Shown here: one piece after another, positions 36,474-45,630 of the stretch | Layout of the letters: every line of letters begins with the position of its first letter | How positions within the stretch are numbered: the first letter of the stretch is position 1 | Program-made: the position numbers and the translations under genes | IMG/VR virus record: IMGVR_UViG_3300030100_000603 | Location: 1-64,000 of that record | Strand: one strand, 5' to 3' | Length of the DNA: 64,000 nucleotides | DNA from: a virus | Taxonomy: Duplodnaviria > Caudoviricetes | The notes under the pieces: generated by a model | Told to the model about the DNA's origin: nothing | Seen by the model: the letters and a program-made list of their open reading frames with translations, nothing else | Databases searched by the model: none

Positions 36474-36992
36474 TTACTGAGGCTGCCATTGTGCATCAAT
36501 ATTCCCACCAAGAGCTTCATAATTGCTCGCCTCATCAGGAGTGAATCTGCTATTGCCCCCGATTACATATTGCGGCTTCGGAAGATGAATAGCCCATTCA
36601 CGACCTTCCAGAGTACCACCACCAGAGAAACTAACAGTAGGTTCTGTACCGATATAAGCGCAACGCTCACTCAGAAGAGTAGTACCGGAAGAATCTTTGA
36701 CGAGAATATTGAAAGTACCATCAAACGTCTGACGATCAAGTTGAAGTAGACGATGAAGGATATCATTGGAATGAGAGGTTTGAGAAAGGGAAACAGTCAT
36801 ATTGAACGCACTAACAGGGTTCATCACACGGTAGGCTTCACCACGAGCACCATAAGACGGGGTAACTCGCTCAGCGAACGGTTCAATAGAAACAAATGTC
36901 CCTTCAACAAAGCCGGTGAGCACATGAGTCATTTCATCATTGGAAATGATAACGTCAAGTGCATCAGGCGAAAAAGTACCAACGCAAGACAT
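36474..36992 (-). CDS. Major tail tube protein
   Basis: Follows sheath; TFSPDA, LSQTSHSN, VKDSSG, REWAI. Confidence 0.75.
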   Translation of the reverse strand: MSCVGTFSPDALDVIISNDEMTHVLTGFVEGTFVSIEPFAERVTPSYGARGEAYRVMNPVSAFNMTVSLSQTSHSNDILHRLLQLDRQTFDGTFNILVKDSSGTTLLSERCAYIGTEPTVSFSGGGTLEGREWAIHLPKPQYVIGGNSRFTPDEASNYEALGGNIDAQWQPQ

Positions 36993-37058
36993 AATGTTTA
37001 ACTCCTAAATATTTGGAAGAGAGGTTTGGTGGCCCAATCAAGGACCACCTTATCTGGT

Positions 37059-38366
37059 TTAAATAGTGACGCGACCTTGAATACCAACAAAGTGTACAGC
37101 GCCAGCAAGAACACCAGTAAACTGAAACCCTTCTGCCACACGATTAGCACGCAGGTTAGGATCAAGAGTACGCGGGTTCGGGACAGTAACAGTAAAGCTG
37201 TCAAGACCACCAACAGCAACACCTTCCTGAAGAACTTCACGCATCCGAGATTCAATAATTGCGAAACCAGCAGCAGTATAAGGAATCTTCTCAGCGTTAA
37301 ACAGGGTCAGAGCAATACGCTCACGCATCCGAGCCTCAACCCAATCTGCGAAACGAATCACATCAAGGAATTCAGCATTAGTCATGCGACCTTCACGCAG
37401 GATATTCCGACCACCAACACGCTCGTAAGTGTTGTAACCTTTACCGTAATCAAACTGAGTACCTTTCAGGGTAAGAGACTGAGTGGTAGACAGGTTTGAA
37501 ACAGTAACGCCAGAAACAGTCTTGAACTTCCAAGTAGTGCTACCGGGGTCTTTCGGTGCCTGAAGACCAACAAATGCAGCTTCAGGATATTCGGTCGGGT
37601 CTTCAGCGTAGATAACCATTGTACGAGCAGCATCTTTCGCTTGCAGAACACTACCGATATCACCAGTCTCTTGAGCGTCCAGAGCATCACTACCATTATA
37701 GGAAGTAATGTACACACGATTCTCAGCTTCGACCACATCAGACAATGCTTCAATGTCAGAAGCGGAGTGAGAATACATGGTCACAAAGTAGAAGTCATCA
37801 TCGGCATCTTTGATGTTGCCATAAGAATCAACGATAGATTCAGTATTCTCAGTATCAGTGATTTCAGCACTGTTAGAATAAGTGAAGTCATTCGGGTCTT
37901 GGGGAATAACTTGGAAAGTACCATCACTGTTATCAATAAAAGTACCGGCTGCACCAGCATTGGTAAACTCTGCTTCCAGAAGATCAACGATGGACTGAGC
38001 AGTAGCACCAGTACCAGAAGTAACGGAAACCAGAGTATCATCAATGGTGATGCTGTAGACTGTAGAATCAATTACTGTACCGATTTCAAAATCAACAGAG
38101 GAAGTACCAGTCTTATGATTACCGATCTTCATGAAAGTCGGTGAAATCTGTTGACCGAATACACGCAAGGCTGCGATATATTCAGGGTCGGTATCAGAGA
38201 AGTCTTCCAGAACGGCATCAGCACTAGTATAAGTACGGACATATTCGTTGTCAGAGAAGACACCAGTGGTACTACCAATAAAGAGGGGAGTACCGAAACC
38301 TTGACGAGTAACACCGCGAGTTTCACGCGAAATGTTAATCTCGATAATTTCTTTAAGGTCTGCCAT
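37059..38366 (-). CDS. Tail sheath protein (DUF3383-like)
   Basis: PGSTTWKFKTVSGV, FLDVIRFADW, KIPYT, LAGAVHFV. Confidence 0.88.
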   Translation of the reverse strand: MADLKEIIEINISRETRGVTRQGFGTPLFIGSTTGVFSDNEYVRTYTSADAVLEDFSDTDPEYIAALRVFGQQISPTFMKIGNHKTGTSSVDFEIGTVIDSTVYSITIDDTLVSVTSGTGATAQSIVDLLEAEFTNAGAAGTFIDNSDGTFQVIPQDPNDFTYSNSAEITDTENTESIVDSYGNIKDADDDFYFVTMYSHSASDIEALSDVVEAENRVYITSYNGSDALDAQETGDIGSVLQAKDAARTMVIYAEDPTEYPEAAFVGLQAPKDPGSTTWKFKTVSGVTVSNLSTTQSLTLKGTQFDYGKGYNTYERVGGRNILREGRMTNAEFLDVIRFADWVEARMRERIALTLFNAEKIPYTAAGFAIIESRMREVLQEGVAVGGLDSFTVTVPNPRTLDPNLRANRVAEGFQFTGVLAGAVHFVGIQGRVTI

Positions 38367-38396
38367 GTATTTGCTCCATTAGGTTAGGATTTGGGT

Positions 38397-38942
38397 TTAA
38401 GGAGAATAATCACTTGCTGAAACTGTTTCATCTTCTGTAAGGATAACATTGCCATCGAGGTCAACATATTCACCCTCATAAGAAACAGTATCAAACCAGT
38501 CAACATCACGGACGAATTCATATCCGACCAGCATGTTAATGTCAAAAGAAGCCTTTTGGATATAACCAGTATCCCTTAGTTCAGGCAACCTTCGAACATT
38601 TGTAATATCAAGAATACTGATACAATTAAATGTATAAAGTTCTTCTTGGGTTGATTTTAGTTGTAATACTGATTGTGCTTCAAAAGCATTATCATAACAA
38701 CTATCACCATAGAAACGCAGGGTAGCGGTTATGTAATAATCTTGCTGGATTCGTTCTTTGAAATCCGCACCTGACTTGTAACTATTGTACTTGTTTCGAT
38801 TAACCTTGTTGAATGTCAATAGACCAAATACGCCATAATCACCAGTTGGTTCAGGACCACCTTGATGCTCTAGAATGACTGGAATGTTGAAGTAATCATT
38901 CATTGTGACCAGGATGGCATCTTCAATGTTCTGTAGAAACAT
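38397..38942 (-). CDS. Tail completion/terminator protein
   Basis: Position before sheath; neck-type ORF. Confidence 0.65.
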   Translation of the reverse strand: MFLQNIEDAILVTMNDYFNIPVILEHQGGPEPTGDYGVFGLLTFNKVNRNKYNSYKSGADFKERIQQDYYITATLRFYGDSCYDNAFEAQSVLQLKSTQEELYTFNCISILDITNVRRLPELRDTGYIQKASFDINMLVGYEFVRDVDWFDTVSYEGEYVDLDGNVILTEDETVSASDYSP

Positions 38943-39712
38943 TAGCTAGTACCTCCTGCACCCTGCTCTTCTCGAACAATTCCAGAAAGAGATCGTTGAA
39001 TAAAACCTTGACTTAAACCTAGAATCTTAGCAACTTGCCTTTTTGAAAAACTACTATTTAGATACAGGTTTAATGCTTCTGTTCTTTTCTCATTAATAAG
39101 ACCTGATTTATCATTCAGGTGAGGGCAGACATAATCAAAAATCCCATTCCCATGAAGAATCCATTGTCGAATTGTCCCAGAATGAAAAGTTGAGAATTCT
39201 CCCATTTCTGAAATTTGAACACTATCAAGCCCCCGATAATGATAAAGCAACTTCGCCTGCTTCACTAACTCTGGATCAGCCCAACCGTGTTCGTCTGTCA
39301 TGCGTGAGCGATACTGGTTTACCCTTTCTCCACTCCAAACATCACGAATGCTAACTGATTCTCCATTTTCAATTTTGAAATTAGTAAGAGTTCCACCATC
39401 ACATTTTCTACCATGAAGATGAATCAAACGTAGTTCTTCTTCTAAACAATCTTGTTCTGAAGTCGTAGTGTACTCAATACTAACAGAAATCTTGTCACCA
39501 GAATGCAGAATCTTATTTATTTTATAAAACTTATAAGGGTTACTTTTTCTGCTGGACTCTTCACAATGGTCATAGAAATGATGACGCCACCTGTCACCCT
39601 TACCTTTCCCCACATAAAATGGAACACCATTATGAGAAAGAACATAAACATAGTAAAGACCCCGCAAGTCTTTATCTGAGAAATTCTTTTCAACTTTATC
39701 TTCTACACTCAT
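38942..39712 (-). CDS. GIY-YIG endonuclease
   Basis: YYVYVL...PFYVGKGKGDRW..H; C-terminus VREEQGAGGTS identical to upstream gene. Confidence 0.85.
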   Translation of the reverse strand: MSVEDKVEKNFSDKDLRGLYYVYVLSHNGVPFYVGKGKGDRWRHHFYDHCEESSRKSNPYKFYKINKILHSGDKISVSIEYTTTSEQDCLEEELRLIHLHGRKCDGGTLTNFKIENGESVSIRDVWSGERVNQYRSRMTDEHGWADPELVKQAKLLYHYRGLDSVQISEMGEFSTFHSGTIRQWILHGNGIFDYVCPHLNDKSGLINEKRTEALNLYLNSSFSKRQVAKILGLSQGFIQRSLSGIVREEQGAGGTS

Positions 39713-40095
39713 GATGTTCCCCCAGCGCCTTGTTCCTCTCTGACGCAGATATACTCATTGTGGTTGAGAGGACCCATATGGTAGGATTTCTTACGATGAA
39801 CCTCGAACAAGAAACCATCAATCAATACCTTGTCTGGTGTCCGGTCAGTGTATTCTTGAAGTGTAATCAGTTCAGCATTTGACAGAAACAACCTCACATC
39901 TTTTGATCGGAATGCTTCATCCAACATGACAATTTCATCAGCGCCAGAAGGTTGATCGTGTCCGATGACTTCGAAGGCAGGTTCTTCTGCACCTTCTACC
40001 CAACGACCATTCACATAACTACCAGCCGTAACCCTGGTGACTGTATACTTTCTTCGCCCCACAAGAGCAAGGGGCATATTTGAGATTCGAGCCAT
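39709..40095 (-). CDS. Head closure/stopper protein
   Basis: YTVTRVTAGSYVNGRWVEG, PDKVLIDG; neck cluster. Confidence 0.7.
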   Translation of the reverse strand: MARISNMPLALVGRRKYTVTRVTAGSYVNGRWVEGAEEPAFEVIGHDQPSGADEIVMLDEAFRSKDVRLFLSNAELITLQEYTDRTPDKVLIDGFLFEVHRKKSYHMGPLNHNEYICVREEQGAGGTS

Positions 40096-40108
40096 TTACA
40101 CCCCTCCC

Positions 40109-40573
40109 TTATGTGATTTGATATTCAACATTCTGTACAAGTTCACCAGTCCAGACATAAGGCATAGCATGACCTTTGATTGCCTTCGTCACCTTCGAGT
40201 TCTGTCTATTCATCGAACCATCCGAGAACCAGCTAACCATCGTATCAGTATACAATGCTTTAAGGTATTCACCGGACGCTTTATGAACATTGTAAGGATT
40301 ACCCATGCCGTACACTAGACGCTGCATTTCATCCTTAATTTCATACTCAAATGCTTTGTGTGAAGTAATCAATCCAGCAATCATATCACGGAATGCTGGT
40401 CTTGGGGGAATCTTGTCAGTACCATCCTCAAGCATCCAAGCAAGTTCAGCGTAAGACATTTCAGCAGTAGAATGTTCACCACTAAGGAAACCCCACTCAA
40501 CATGTTTGGATTCCAGCTTGGTCAAATCCTTTTCAAGATCACGCAGACCGCTTAAATCCAATACAGCTTTCAT
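40109..40573 (-). CDS. Neck protein
   Basis: LEDGT..IPPRPAF, TKAIKG..P.VWTGEL. Confidence 0.7.
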   Translation of the reverse strand: MKAVLDLSGLRDLEKDLTKLESKHVEWGFLSGEHSTAEMSYAELAWMLEDGTDKIPPRPAFRDMIAGLITSHKAFEYEIKDEMQRLVYGMGNPYNVHKASGEYLKALYTDTMVSWFSDGSMNRQNSKVTKAIKGHAMPYVWTGELVQNVEYQIT

Positions 40574-41028
40574 AGGTCACTTTCCCAGTTACCAAAGAAT
40601 CCATCATTACTGTCAGGAAATACACGACCATGACGGAAGTGATATTGGTCAATACTGTCATCTTTCCGGTTGCGATCAATGTCACCTTTATCTACACCAC
40701 CGAAATAAGGTTTAGCCGGAGAGTTACGACGAATCTCATTCTCAAGTTCACCGATGGCAAGTTTCAGTGATTCAGCAGAAGGACCATAGACTTCAACTTG
40801 ACCAGCACGTTCCCTTGAAGGACCACGAAAGATTTCTTGAAGACGTTGACGTAGAATCTTCAATGCAACCTTGTTCAGATCATTTTCTGTAGGTGTCCCC
40901 TGAATCTGGTTGATAAAGTAGTTCAACTCTTCATCTTGGTACAAGGCATATTCTTCTACCTTGTCATTCAGTTTAAATCGGAGATATTGCAGGGGAACAG
41001 TCAAATCTCCTGTATATGTAAAACTCAT
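40570..41028 (-). CDS. Head-tail adaptor
   Basis: FTYTGD..LRFKLND..LYQDEEL; PYFGG. Confidence 0.75.
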   Translation of the reverse strand: MSFTYTGDLTVPLQYLRFKLNDKVEEYALYQDEELNYFINQIQGTPTENDLNKVALKILRQRLQEIFRGPSRERAGQVEVYGPSAESLKLAIGELENEIRRNSPAKPYFGGVDKGDIDRNRKDDSIDQYHFRHGRVFPDSNDGFFGNWESDL

Positions 41029-41044
41029 TCAATATCTCCTGTGA

Positions 41045-42037
41045 TTAAGGTGTGATAATTAATGATTCAGCAAGTGTAAGATCATCACCACGAAGATTTT
41101 CTTCAATGTAGATTGCACCATGGAATTCACCCTCAGCTTCCCATCCATCAGAATCATAACCTAACAGATAAGCACCGTTAGTAATGAATGTACCACTCAG
41201 TTGCAATCTTTGGAAAGTAATCTTGTTGTGGTTTTCCAGCACAGACCAGTTACCATCACGAGTGGTTGGTACAGCAAATACCGGAACCATGGAACCGCCG
41301 TCCTTCACTCGTAAGTCTTCGTAAGTAGCATTCGCATTAATGGTCGTACTAGATGATCCTTCAAGTGATACGAACAGGAACGATGTATTTGCATCTTGAG
41401 CACCAAGAAGAATACTATTGTCCGTCCCTTGTTCAGTAAAACCAAGGATATATGTTGCTGTAGAACCTGTAATAGCATTAGGTGGTATATTCATGCGGGC
41501 AGTACCGCCAACAGGAAATTGCAAGTAATCCCTACCATTCACCCGCCTATAGATCGGACGACGGGAATTATCAGGTTGTGTCGCATGATTACCATTTGGT
41601 GAAATATCACGCATGAATCCTACAGGCTGGTTATCCATTGTCACAGGGATTGTGGCAGCAGCATCCTGATAAAGATTCTGTTGACCTAACACATACGGTT
41701 TCGGAATGTAGGCAAACCCTTCTGGATTCTTTCGTGTAACAACAGCAAGATCATCATAGAGTGACTTAACAAAACACATGAATGAAATGTCAGTTGCATT
41801 CTCTACAACAATCCTTGCGGTTGAACCTGGGAAAAGTTGAATACCAAACGATCCAGTAGTGGTGAATGTCAATTCTGGATAAGACACCCATTGTTCATTA
41901 GGCATCCGAACCTGAACCTTAACATTACCACTACCGAAGTCGCCCCATACATAGAGCCTAATGGTTTCTTCTTCCGATGTGATAGGTCCAATTACATTAC
42001 TTGTGACATTGGAAACATTAGACTCAGAGATTTGCAT
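41045..42037 (-). CDS. Virion accessory protein: WGxFG domain fused to LamG/lectin-like domain
   Basis: N-terminal ~90 aa paralogous to 43240 and 43537; remainder paralogous to 42436 (YIPKP.VLGQQ.LYQDAA). Confidence 0.6.
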   Translation of the reverse strand: MQISESNVSNVTSNVIGPITSEEETIRLYVWGDFGSGNVKVQVRMPNEQWVSYPELTFTTTGSFGIQLFPGSTARIVVENATDISFMCFVKSLYDDLAVVTRKNPEGFAYIPKPYVLGQQNLYQDAAATIPVTMDNQPVGFMRDISPNGNHATQPDNSRRPIYRRVNGRDYLQFPVGGTARMNIPPNAITGSTATYILGFTEQGTDNSILLGAQDANTSFLFVSLEGSSSTTINANATYEDLRVKDGGSMVPVFAVPTTRDGNWSVLENHNKITFQRLQLSGTFITNGAYLLGYDSDGWEAEGEFHGAIYIEENLRGDDLTLAESLIITP

Positions 42038-42040
42038 GGT

Positions 42041-42439
42041 TTATATCTCCATTTCAACTTGCATAGGCTCAAGACCAAGTTGTGCAATATGATCCTGAGC
42101 AGACTCCAACCGATCACCAAGTATTACCGCAATCTTATCTGGCGATGCTTCACCTTGATTGATTGACAGTAATACTTGTGCGCGGGTTGCTGCTTCCAAA
42201 TCCATATTGGGAGAATGATTTGGGGCAGTTAATGGTTGTCCAGCCATCTGCGCAAAGATTGGTTTTGCGACAGTAGAGGCGACTGCGTACAGGTTGCCGC
42301 TGGCGTCCTGGTAGTGGGCCGTGCCGAAGGTCTGGTCGTCGGCACTGGATTCCCCGAGACATAGGGCGATCTGGTTGGCGTCGGGGATATGGGATTCGGG
42401 GACGGCGATGGTTGCTCTTTGCTGATAGTCGGTGGTCAT
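42041..42439 (-). CDS. Hypothetical virion-associated protein
   Basis: 132 aa, ATGA-coupled; N-terminal half high GC. Confidence 0.65.
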   Translation of the reverse strand: MTTDYQQRATIAVPESHIPDANQIALCLGESSADDQTFGTAHYQDASGNLYAVASTVAKPIFAQMAGQPLTAPNHSPNMDLEAATRAQVLLSINQGEASPDKIAVILGDRLESAQDHIAQLGLEPMQVEMEI

Positions 42440-43224
42440 AGCGTGACTCCTGCGAGTTTGGCGAGGTAGGCTTCCGTGTCCGATAACACGCTCGAACCGA
42501 AACCGCCTTCCCTGTAAGCGATCCCGTATATGTTATTGGTAAAGTTGATACTCTTAGTACCACCTGTCGCGCCGATCACCAGTCCGTCCAGCGCAGCCGA
42601 TCCGACGGAGCCGTCTGACTGGACGCCATCCACGCGCAGATATGACTCGCCGGTATTAGCTAATGCTGTAGCAACGGCATTAGTATTCAGCACATATCCA
42701 CTGTTAGCGATGCCACCGGTACCAACATAGAAACGTAGCCCAGAAACTGTGGCAATAGAGCCGTCATTATTACCTGTTGCCCCGTCCAGCAAGAACCTTG
42801 TGCCCGACGGCTCATTGAACGCTATCGACAATCCGTAGGGTTGCGGTAGAAAGAGGGATGCCGCGATCATGTAATCATCTACCCCATCACCTTCCAACCA
42901 ATGCCGCACTCCATCCGTGCGATACAGCGGGCGGGCGGCGCTAGTGGACTGGCTGGCGTGGTTGTCATTGCCGCTCACATCCAGCATCAACCCCGCCGGG
43001 TCACCGTCCGCCACTACCGGCACCGTCCCGGCAGCATCCTGATAGAGCACCTGCTGGCCGAGCACCTGGGGCTTCGGGATGTACATGGCCCCGGCCTCGC
43101 CGTTGCCGAACAAAGCTTCAATCAACGGTTCTAGTTCACCGTAAAGAGCACCACCATGATAAACGGCATTCAATGCTTTTGCGAGTGGTGAATAAGCTGG
43201 TCTTGAAACACTTCCTGTAATCAT
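42436..43224 (-). CDS. Virion accessory protein with LamG/lectin-like domain
   Basis: LDVSGNDNHASQ..ARP, DGVDDYM, LRVDG, LVIG beta-sandwich pattern. Confidence 0.6.
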   Translation of the reverse strand: MITGSVSRPAYSPLAKALNAVYHGGALYGELEPLIEALFGNGEAGAMYIPKPQVLGQQVLYQDAAGTVPVVADGDPAGLMLDVSGNDNHASQSTSAARPLYRTDGVRHWLEGDGVDDYMIAASLFLPQPYGLSIAFNEPSGTRFLLDGATGNNDGSIATVSGLRFYVGTGGIANSGYVLNTNAVATALANTGESYLRVDGVQSDGSVGSAALDGLVIGATGGTKSINFTNNIYGIAYREGGFGSSVLSDTEAYLAKLAGVTL

Positions 43225-43239
43225 TTATTCATCCCCACA

Positions 43240-43515
43240 TTAATCTGTAACATAATAACTAACATCTGTCGCACCAATTACAATCAACCGGACGTTTGCA
43301 CCAGAAAATACTTTAACCGTTTGTGCAGCCGGTGATGTAAATAGAAGTTCAGGAAAAGCAGTCCATGTACCATCAGGCATTTGGATTTCAACCTGAATCT
43401 CACCGCTACCAAAAGTACCCCAAAGATATAAGCGAACTTCTTCGCCACCACCTGAACCAATGGGGCCTAATACTGAGCTTGTTTCACTTGTGACATTATA
43501 TCCTGAAATAGCCAT
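43240..43515 (-). CDS. Small WGxFG-domain protein
   Basis: LWGTFGSG..MPDGTW..FPEL.FT. Confidence 0.7.
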   Translation of the reverse strand: MAISGYNVTSETSSVLGPIGSGGGEEVRLYLWGTFGSGEIQVEIQMPDGTWTAFPELLFTSPAAQTVKVFSGANVRLIVIGATDVSYYVTD

Positions 43516-43536
43516 TAATGACCCCTTGATTCTTTA

Positions 43537-43830
43537 TCAGTTATCAACAAATACATTCACGGAAGTTGTATCAGTTACAACAACACGAACAACTGCACCA
43601 TTAAAGAGTGATATTTCCTGTGCGGTATTACCTGTGAATGTGAGGTCAGGAAAACTTACCCAACTATCATCGGGCATCCTGACTTCAATCTTTACGTCTC
43701 CACCACCAAAATCACCCCACACGAGAAATTTAATACTCGGAGGATAATAGTCGGTGGATGCTCGCTTACCAATTGGTCCGATGGCAGAACTAGTGTAGCT
43801 GCTCTGACCTGTTACATACAAAAGTGACAT
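43537..43830 (-). CDS. Small WGxFG-domain protein
   Basis: VWGDFGGG..MPDDSW..FPDL.FT. Confidence 0.7.
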   Translation of the reverse strand: MSLLYVTGQSSYTSSAIGPIGKRASTDYYPPSIKFLVWGDFGGGDVKIEVRMPDDSWVSFPDLTFTGNTAQEISLFNGAVVRVVVTDTTSVNVFVDN

Positions 43831-43845
43831 TGTTAATCATTCTCC

Positions 43846-43914
43846 CTATTGACTTTCATCATAACCGGGATATTGTGTAAATCCGGGTTCTCTAACTTGG
43901 AATGGGTTATGCAT
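43846..43914 (-). CDS. Micro-ORF (22 aa)
   Basis: MHNPFQVREPGFTQYPGYDESQ fills intergenic gap. Confidence 0.3.
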   Translation of the reverse strand: MHNPFQVREPGFTQYPGYDESQ

Positions 43915-43917
43915 ATC

Positions 43918-44131
43918 TTAATTACCGTTAGGTGCAATCGGACCCTCATACACACTCAAGAAGTACAATACTTCACCAGAAACAGAACCATTGTTTATAA
44001 ATCTAGCCAAGATGGTTGCGTTTGGAGGAATGATCTTCTCGAAACCACTCGACGCAAAGGCACCAACTGTTCTGTTACCCGAACCTTCCTGACAAGGTAT
44101 CCATTGCCCTTCGTTTCCAAAAGTCAGTCAT
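43918..44131 (-). pseudogene. Frameshifted ~70-aa gene
   Basis: SD AAGGA + ATG ACT GAC TTTT; deleting one T gives MTDFGNEGQWIPCQEGSGNRTVGAFASSGFEKIIPPNATIL...N*. Confidence 0.45.
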
Positions 44132-44151
44132 AACTGTTTCCTTTACATAAT

Positions 44152-44189
44152 AAAAAAGGCAAGCGGTCGTGGGGGAACCATTGCTTGCC
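44152..44189 (-). terminator. Intrinsic terminator after capsid operon
   Basis: GGCAAGC...GCTTGCC-TTTTTT. Confidence 0.8.
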
Positions 44190-44219
44190 AGAAACTAGTA
44201 AGACCCCACATTTTAGAAA

Positions 44220-44573
44220 TTAAATATCGGTAGGCTCATCAGTGTGAGATGTTTGAGGTGAAGGTGTTGCGGGCTTCTTCTTTTTACGACCACGTTTACT
44301 AGAAGTAGAAGTGGTGGGGGTAGTAGAAGAAGTTTCAGTTTTTGCAGAAGTAGATGTACTAAATTCTTCTTTCTTGGCTGGTGTCGAAACCTCTGAAACA
44401 GTTTCTTCTTGCTTAATTCGTCCTGCTACAAAGTGACGAAAAAGAGCTTTTGTCTTACCAACTTTAGTACGGGGAGCGTAAACGTCACCTTCGACATATT
44501 TACGCCCACCCTCATGAAAAGTTTTGGTAACACGGAACTGTTTAGAGGGATCAAAGTTCTTATGTAGAGCCAT
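44220..44573 (-). CDS. Small protein after capsid gene with Ser/Thr/Lys-rich tail
   Basis: 117 aa, strong SD. Confidence 0.7.
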   Translation of the reverse strand: MALHKNFDPSKQFRVTKTFHEGGRKYVEGDVYAPRTKVGKTKALFRHFVAGRIKQEETVSEVSTPAKKEEFSTSTSAKTETSSTTPTTSTSSKRGRKKKKPATPSPQTSHTDEPTDI

Positions 44574-44591
44574 TTAATCCCTCCTTATTTA

Positions 44592-45596
44592 TCAGCTAGA
44601 AGAAATAACTGAATGCCAGTAGGTGCCGAGAGTATCGGACACAACTTTCATGTCGTAAGAAGTAGCAACCTCAAGGTAAGTACCACCACCTTCACGCATA
44701 GTACGCTCTTCACGACGAACAGCAGTACCACCAAAGCCAGACAGGTAGTTCCAGCTAAAGATATAGCCGGGAGAAGCTGTCATCAGGCCGGGGCTGGACG
44801 GACGATACGCCAGGAACGCTTCGTTCTGGAAGATGTAGCTCGGAGTAGCAGCAGCACCTTCGTTGGCGGTATTCTCGACGGCATCCAGAACCACAACGCT
44901 GTCCACTTCGAACAGGGCGGCAAGGTGCTGACGAGACAGACGAGCCGGTTCACTACCAGCGATGTAGATGATACGCTCGATCAGAGCAGGATGCTCGACC
45001 AGAACGCTAAACACATCACGAGAGATAGCGAAGATGTTCGGACGCTGACCATAGTTGGCAACAGCCAGAGCATCAGCGGAAGCACGAACGTCACCAATCG
45101 GATCAGAGTTGGTGTAGTCGTCCCACTGAATAAACTGAGCGCCAGTCGGGTTGGAAGCAACACCTTGCTTGTCCACAGCCCAAACACCAGTCTTCATGTA
45201 GTTGGACTTGAACTGCTTCTCACGATGGATCAGAGCGTGTTGGGTCAGCATCATTGTGCTGTCACGCAGAAGATCAAACGGAGCAGTGGCGTTAGCCATA
45301 GCAGCCGGACCAATGATGGTAGCTTCTTTGTAAGTCTCGCAGAAGTAAGAGTCTTCCCCTTTACCCCAGCCAGCCAGCGGAGCCGGAGAACCGTCAGCGG
45401 TAGCACGCATTTCGGTCTTGTTGAAGTCACCGCTGTTGTAAGTGACATACTTGCCAGCTTGCAGGTTAACGGGTACAGTCGGGAACATCTGACCAGCAAC
45501 AAACACGCTCGGATCATTCAGTTGCAGAATCGAGATGTTAGTGAGGCGCTGGTCCGCATCAAGAATTTGATACTGAGTCGGTTGAGAAATAGGCAT
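44592..45596 (-). CDS. Major capsid protein
   Basis: 334 aa after decoration gene; WDDYTNSDPIGDV, PN...SRDVF..L..HP, lambda-E-like pattern; strongly biased codons. Confidence 0.88.
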   Translation of the reverse strand: MPISQPTQYQILDADQRLTNISILQLNDPSVFVAGQMFPTVPVNLQAGKYVTYNSGDFNKTEMRATADGSPAPLAGWGKGEDSYFCETYKEATIIGPAAMANATAPFDLLRDSTMMLTQHALIHREKQFKSNYMKTGVWAVDKQGVASNPTGAQFIQWDDYTNSDPIGDVRASADALAVANYGQRPNIFAISRDVFSVLVEHPALIERIIYIAGSEPARLSRQHLAALFEVDSVVVLDAVENTANEGAAATPSYIFQNEAFLAYRPSSPGLMTASPGYIFSWNYLSGFGGTAVRREERTMREGGGTYLEVATSYDMKVVSDTLGTYWHSVISSS

Positions 45597-45630
45597 ATCT
45601 ATTAGCTCCTAATTAAATTAATAAGATGGA

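Noticed and set aside
44613-45605. 330-aa ORF antisense to the major capsid gene (similarly 18219-19004, 46047-46652, 22534-22935, 11771-12331)
   Set aside because: Shadow frames expected from strong codon bias on the coding strand; no SD or promoter, no recognisable motifs.
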